This document shows, one piece after another, positions 63,507 to 64,000 of a stretch of 64,000 nt of DNA; position 1 is the stretch's first letter, and every line of letters begins with the position of its first letter. This stretch comes from a virus (taxonomy: Duplodnaviria > Caudoviricetes). The position numbers and the translations under genes are program-made. The notes under the pieces were generated by a model. The model worked only from the letters and a program-made list of their open reading frames with translations. It searched no databases and was not told the origin of the DNA. Where the stretch lies: positions 1 through 64,000 of IMG/VR virus record IMGVR_UViG_3300006099_000007; one strand, written 5' to 3'.

Positions 63507-64000
63507 ATGGATAAGCTGACGTTTTTTTCACAGTGCCTTTCCCTGCTGGGGGATCAGGAGTTTGTGATGGATTCCCCGGCGGCCAGGGCTTGCGAGTTGT
63601 GGTTTCCATCCGTGATGCTGGAGGCCGTTTCCTATGGCCCGTGGTCGTTTGCCACGAAGGAGGCCGTGCTGGCGTGCCCGGAGGGGAACGGCCGGTTTCC
63701 GCTGCCGGAGGATTGCCTGAAGTTGTTGAAGGTGGAGGCCAGGCGCTGGCGCATGGCCGGCCGCGTGGTGATTTGCGAGGAAGCTCCTTCCCTGCTGCAG
63801 GTGCGGTTTTTGTCCAATGAGGCGGCTTTGGCAGAGATGCTGCCGGATCATGAGCCTTTGTTTGTGGAGGCCGTGAAGTGTTTGCTGGCTTCCAAGGTGG
63901 CGGCCACGGTGACGGGCAAGCCGCAGAATGTGGGCGTGTTTTTGGAGTTGTACAGGGGGTATGTTGCCGACGCCCTGTATCACGATGTGAGCCAGCGCGG
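63507..64000 (+). CDS. Tail tubular protein A (T7 gp11-like), partial
   Basis: Translated by hand (no stop in window): MDKLTFFSQCLSLLGD...W.FA.K...LPEDCLKL...LF.EAV..LLASK.A. Confidence 0.75.
   Translation, partial: MDKLTFFSQCLSLLGDQEFVMDSPAARACELWFPSVMLEAVSYGPWSFATKEAVLACPEGNGRFPLPEDCLKLLKVEARRWRMAGRVVICEEAPSLLQVRFLSNEAALAEMLPDHEPLFVEAVKCLLASKVAATVTGKPQNVGVFLELYRGYVADALYHDVSQR

Larger units (their letters stand above)
52496..64000 (+). mobile_element. Phage virion module 3 (T7/BPP-1-like podophage), truncated by the window end
   Basis: Head-tail connector portal, scaffold, capsid, tail tubular B and A, terminase. Confidence 0.88.

Noticed and set aside
61393-63609. 738-aa minus-strand ORF
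   Set aside because: Antisense shadow of the terminase and nozzle genes; His/Pro/Gln-rich composition results from the G/T-skewed coding strand; no motifs.
1-64000. CRISPR array, diversity-generating retroelement or invertase-driven fibre shufflon
   Set aside because: No regularly spaced repeat-spacer units, no reverse transcriptase motifs, no template/variable repeat pair and no serine invertase or inverted fibre cassettes were seen.

Overview
The window is almost entirely temperate-phage DNA. Its codon style and integrase N-termini suggest an Akkermansia/Verrucomicrobia host, but that is inference and was not searched. It holds three different virion-assembly modules in tandem, all on the + strand. 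Module 1 (0.1-18.4 kb) is lambda-like and probably non-contractile-tailed: GpA terminase, portal, ClpP-type protease, capsid, tail, fibre and M15 endolysin. It is followed by a primase/helicase replication block, an intact attP-like site (tRNA-Cys 3' end), integrase/excisionase, early genes, a duplicated divergent regulator cassette, accessory genes, hicAB and a complete tRNA-Glu. Module 2 (30.9-52.5 kb) is a diverged homologue of module 1 with a canonical gene order, low-GC morons and an amidase lysin. Module 3 (52.5-64 kb, runs off the end) is an unrelated T7/BPP-1-like podophage head-tail module, with an integrase and an intact attP-like site (tRNA-Ser 3' end) inside its head operon. Notable points: both siphophage modules keep a GT-A glycosyltransferase fused in tandem to a minor tail gene; each module has its own repeated putative late-promoter motif; there are two candidate type I toxin-antitoxin loci; both modules have predicted -1 frameshifts in the tail chaperones; and an identical 28-bp element sits at the holin/endolysin boundary in both. 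No CRISPR array, rRNA or reverse transcriptase was seen. Family assignments are from motif recognition by eye. A chimeric assembly cannot be excluded.
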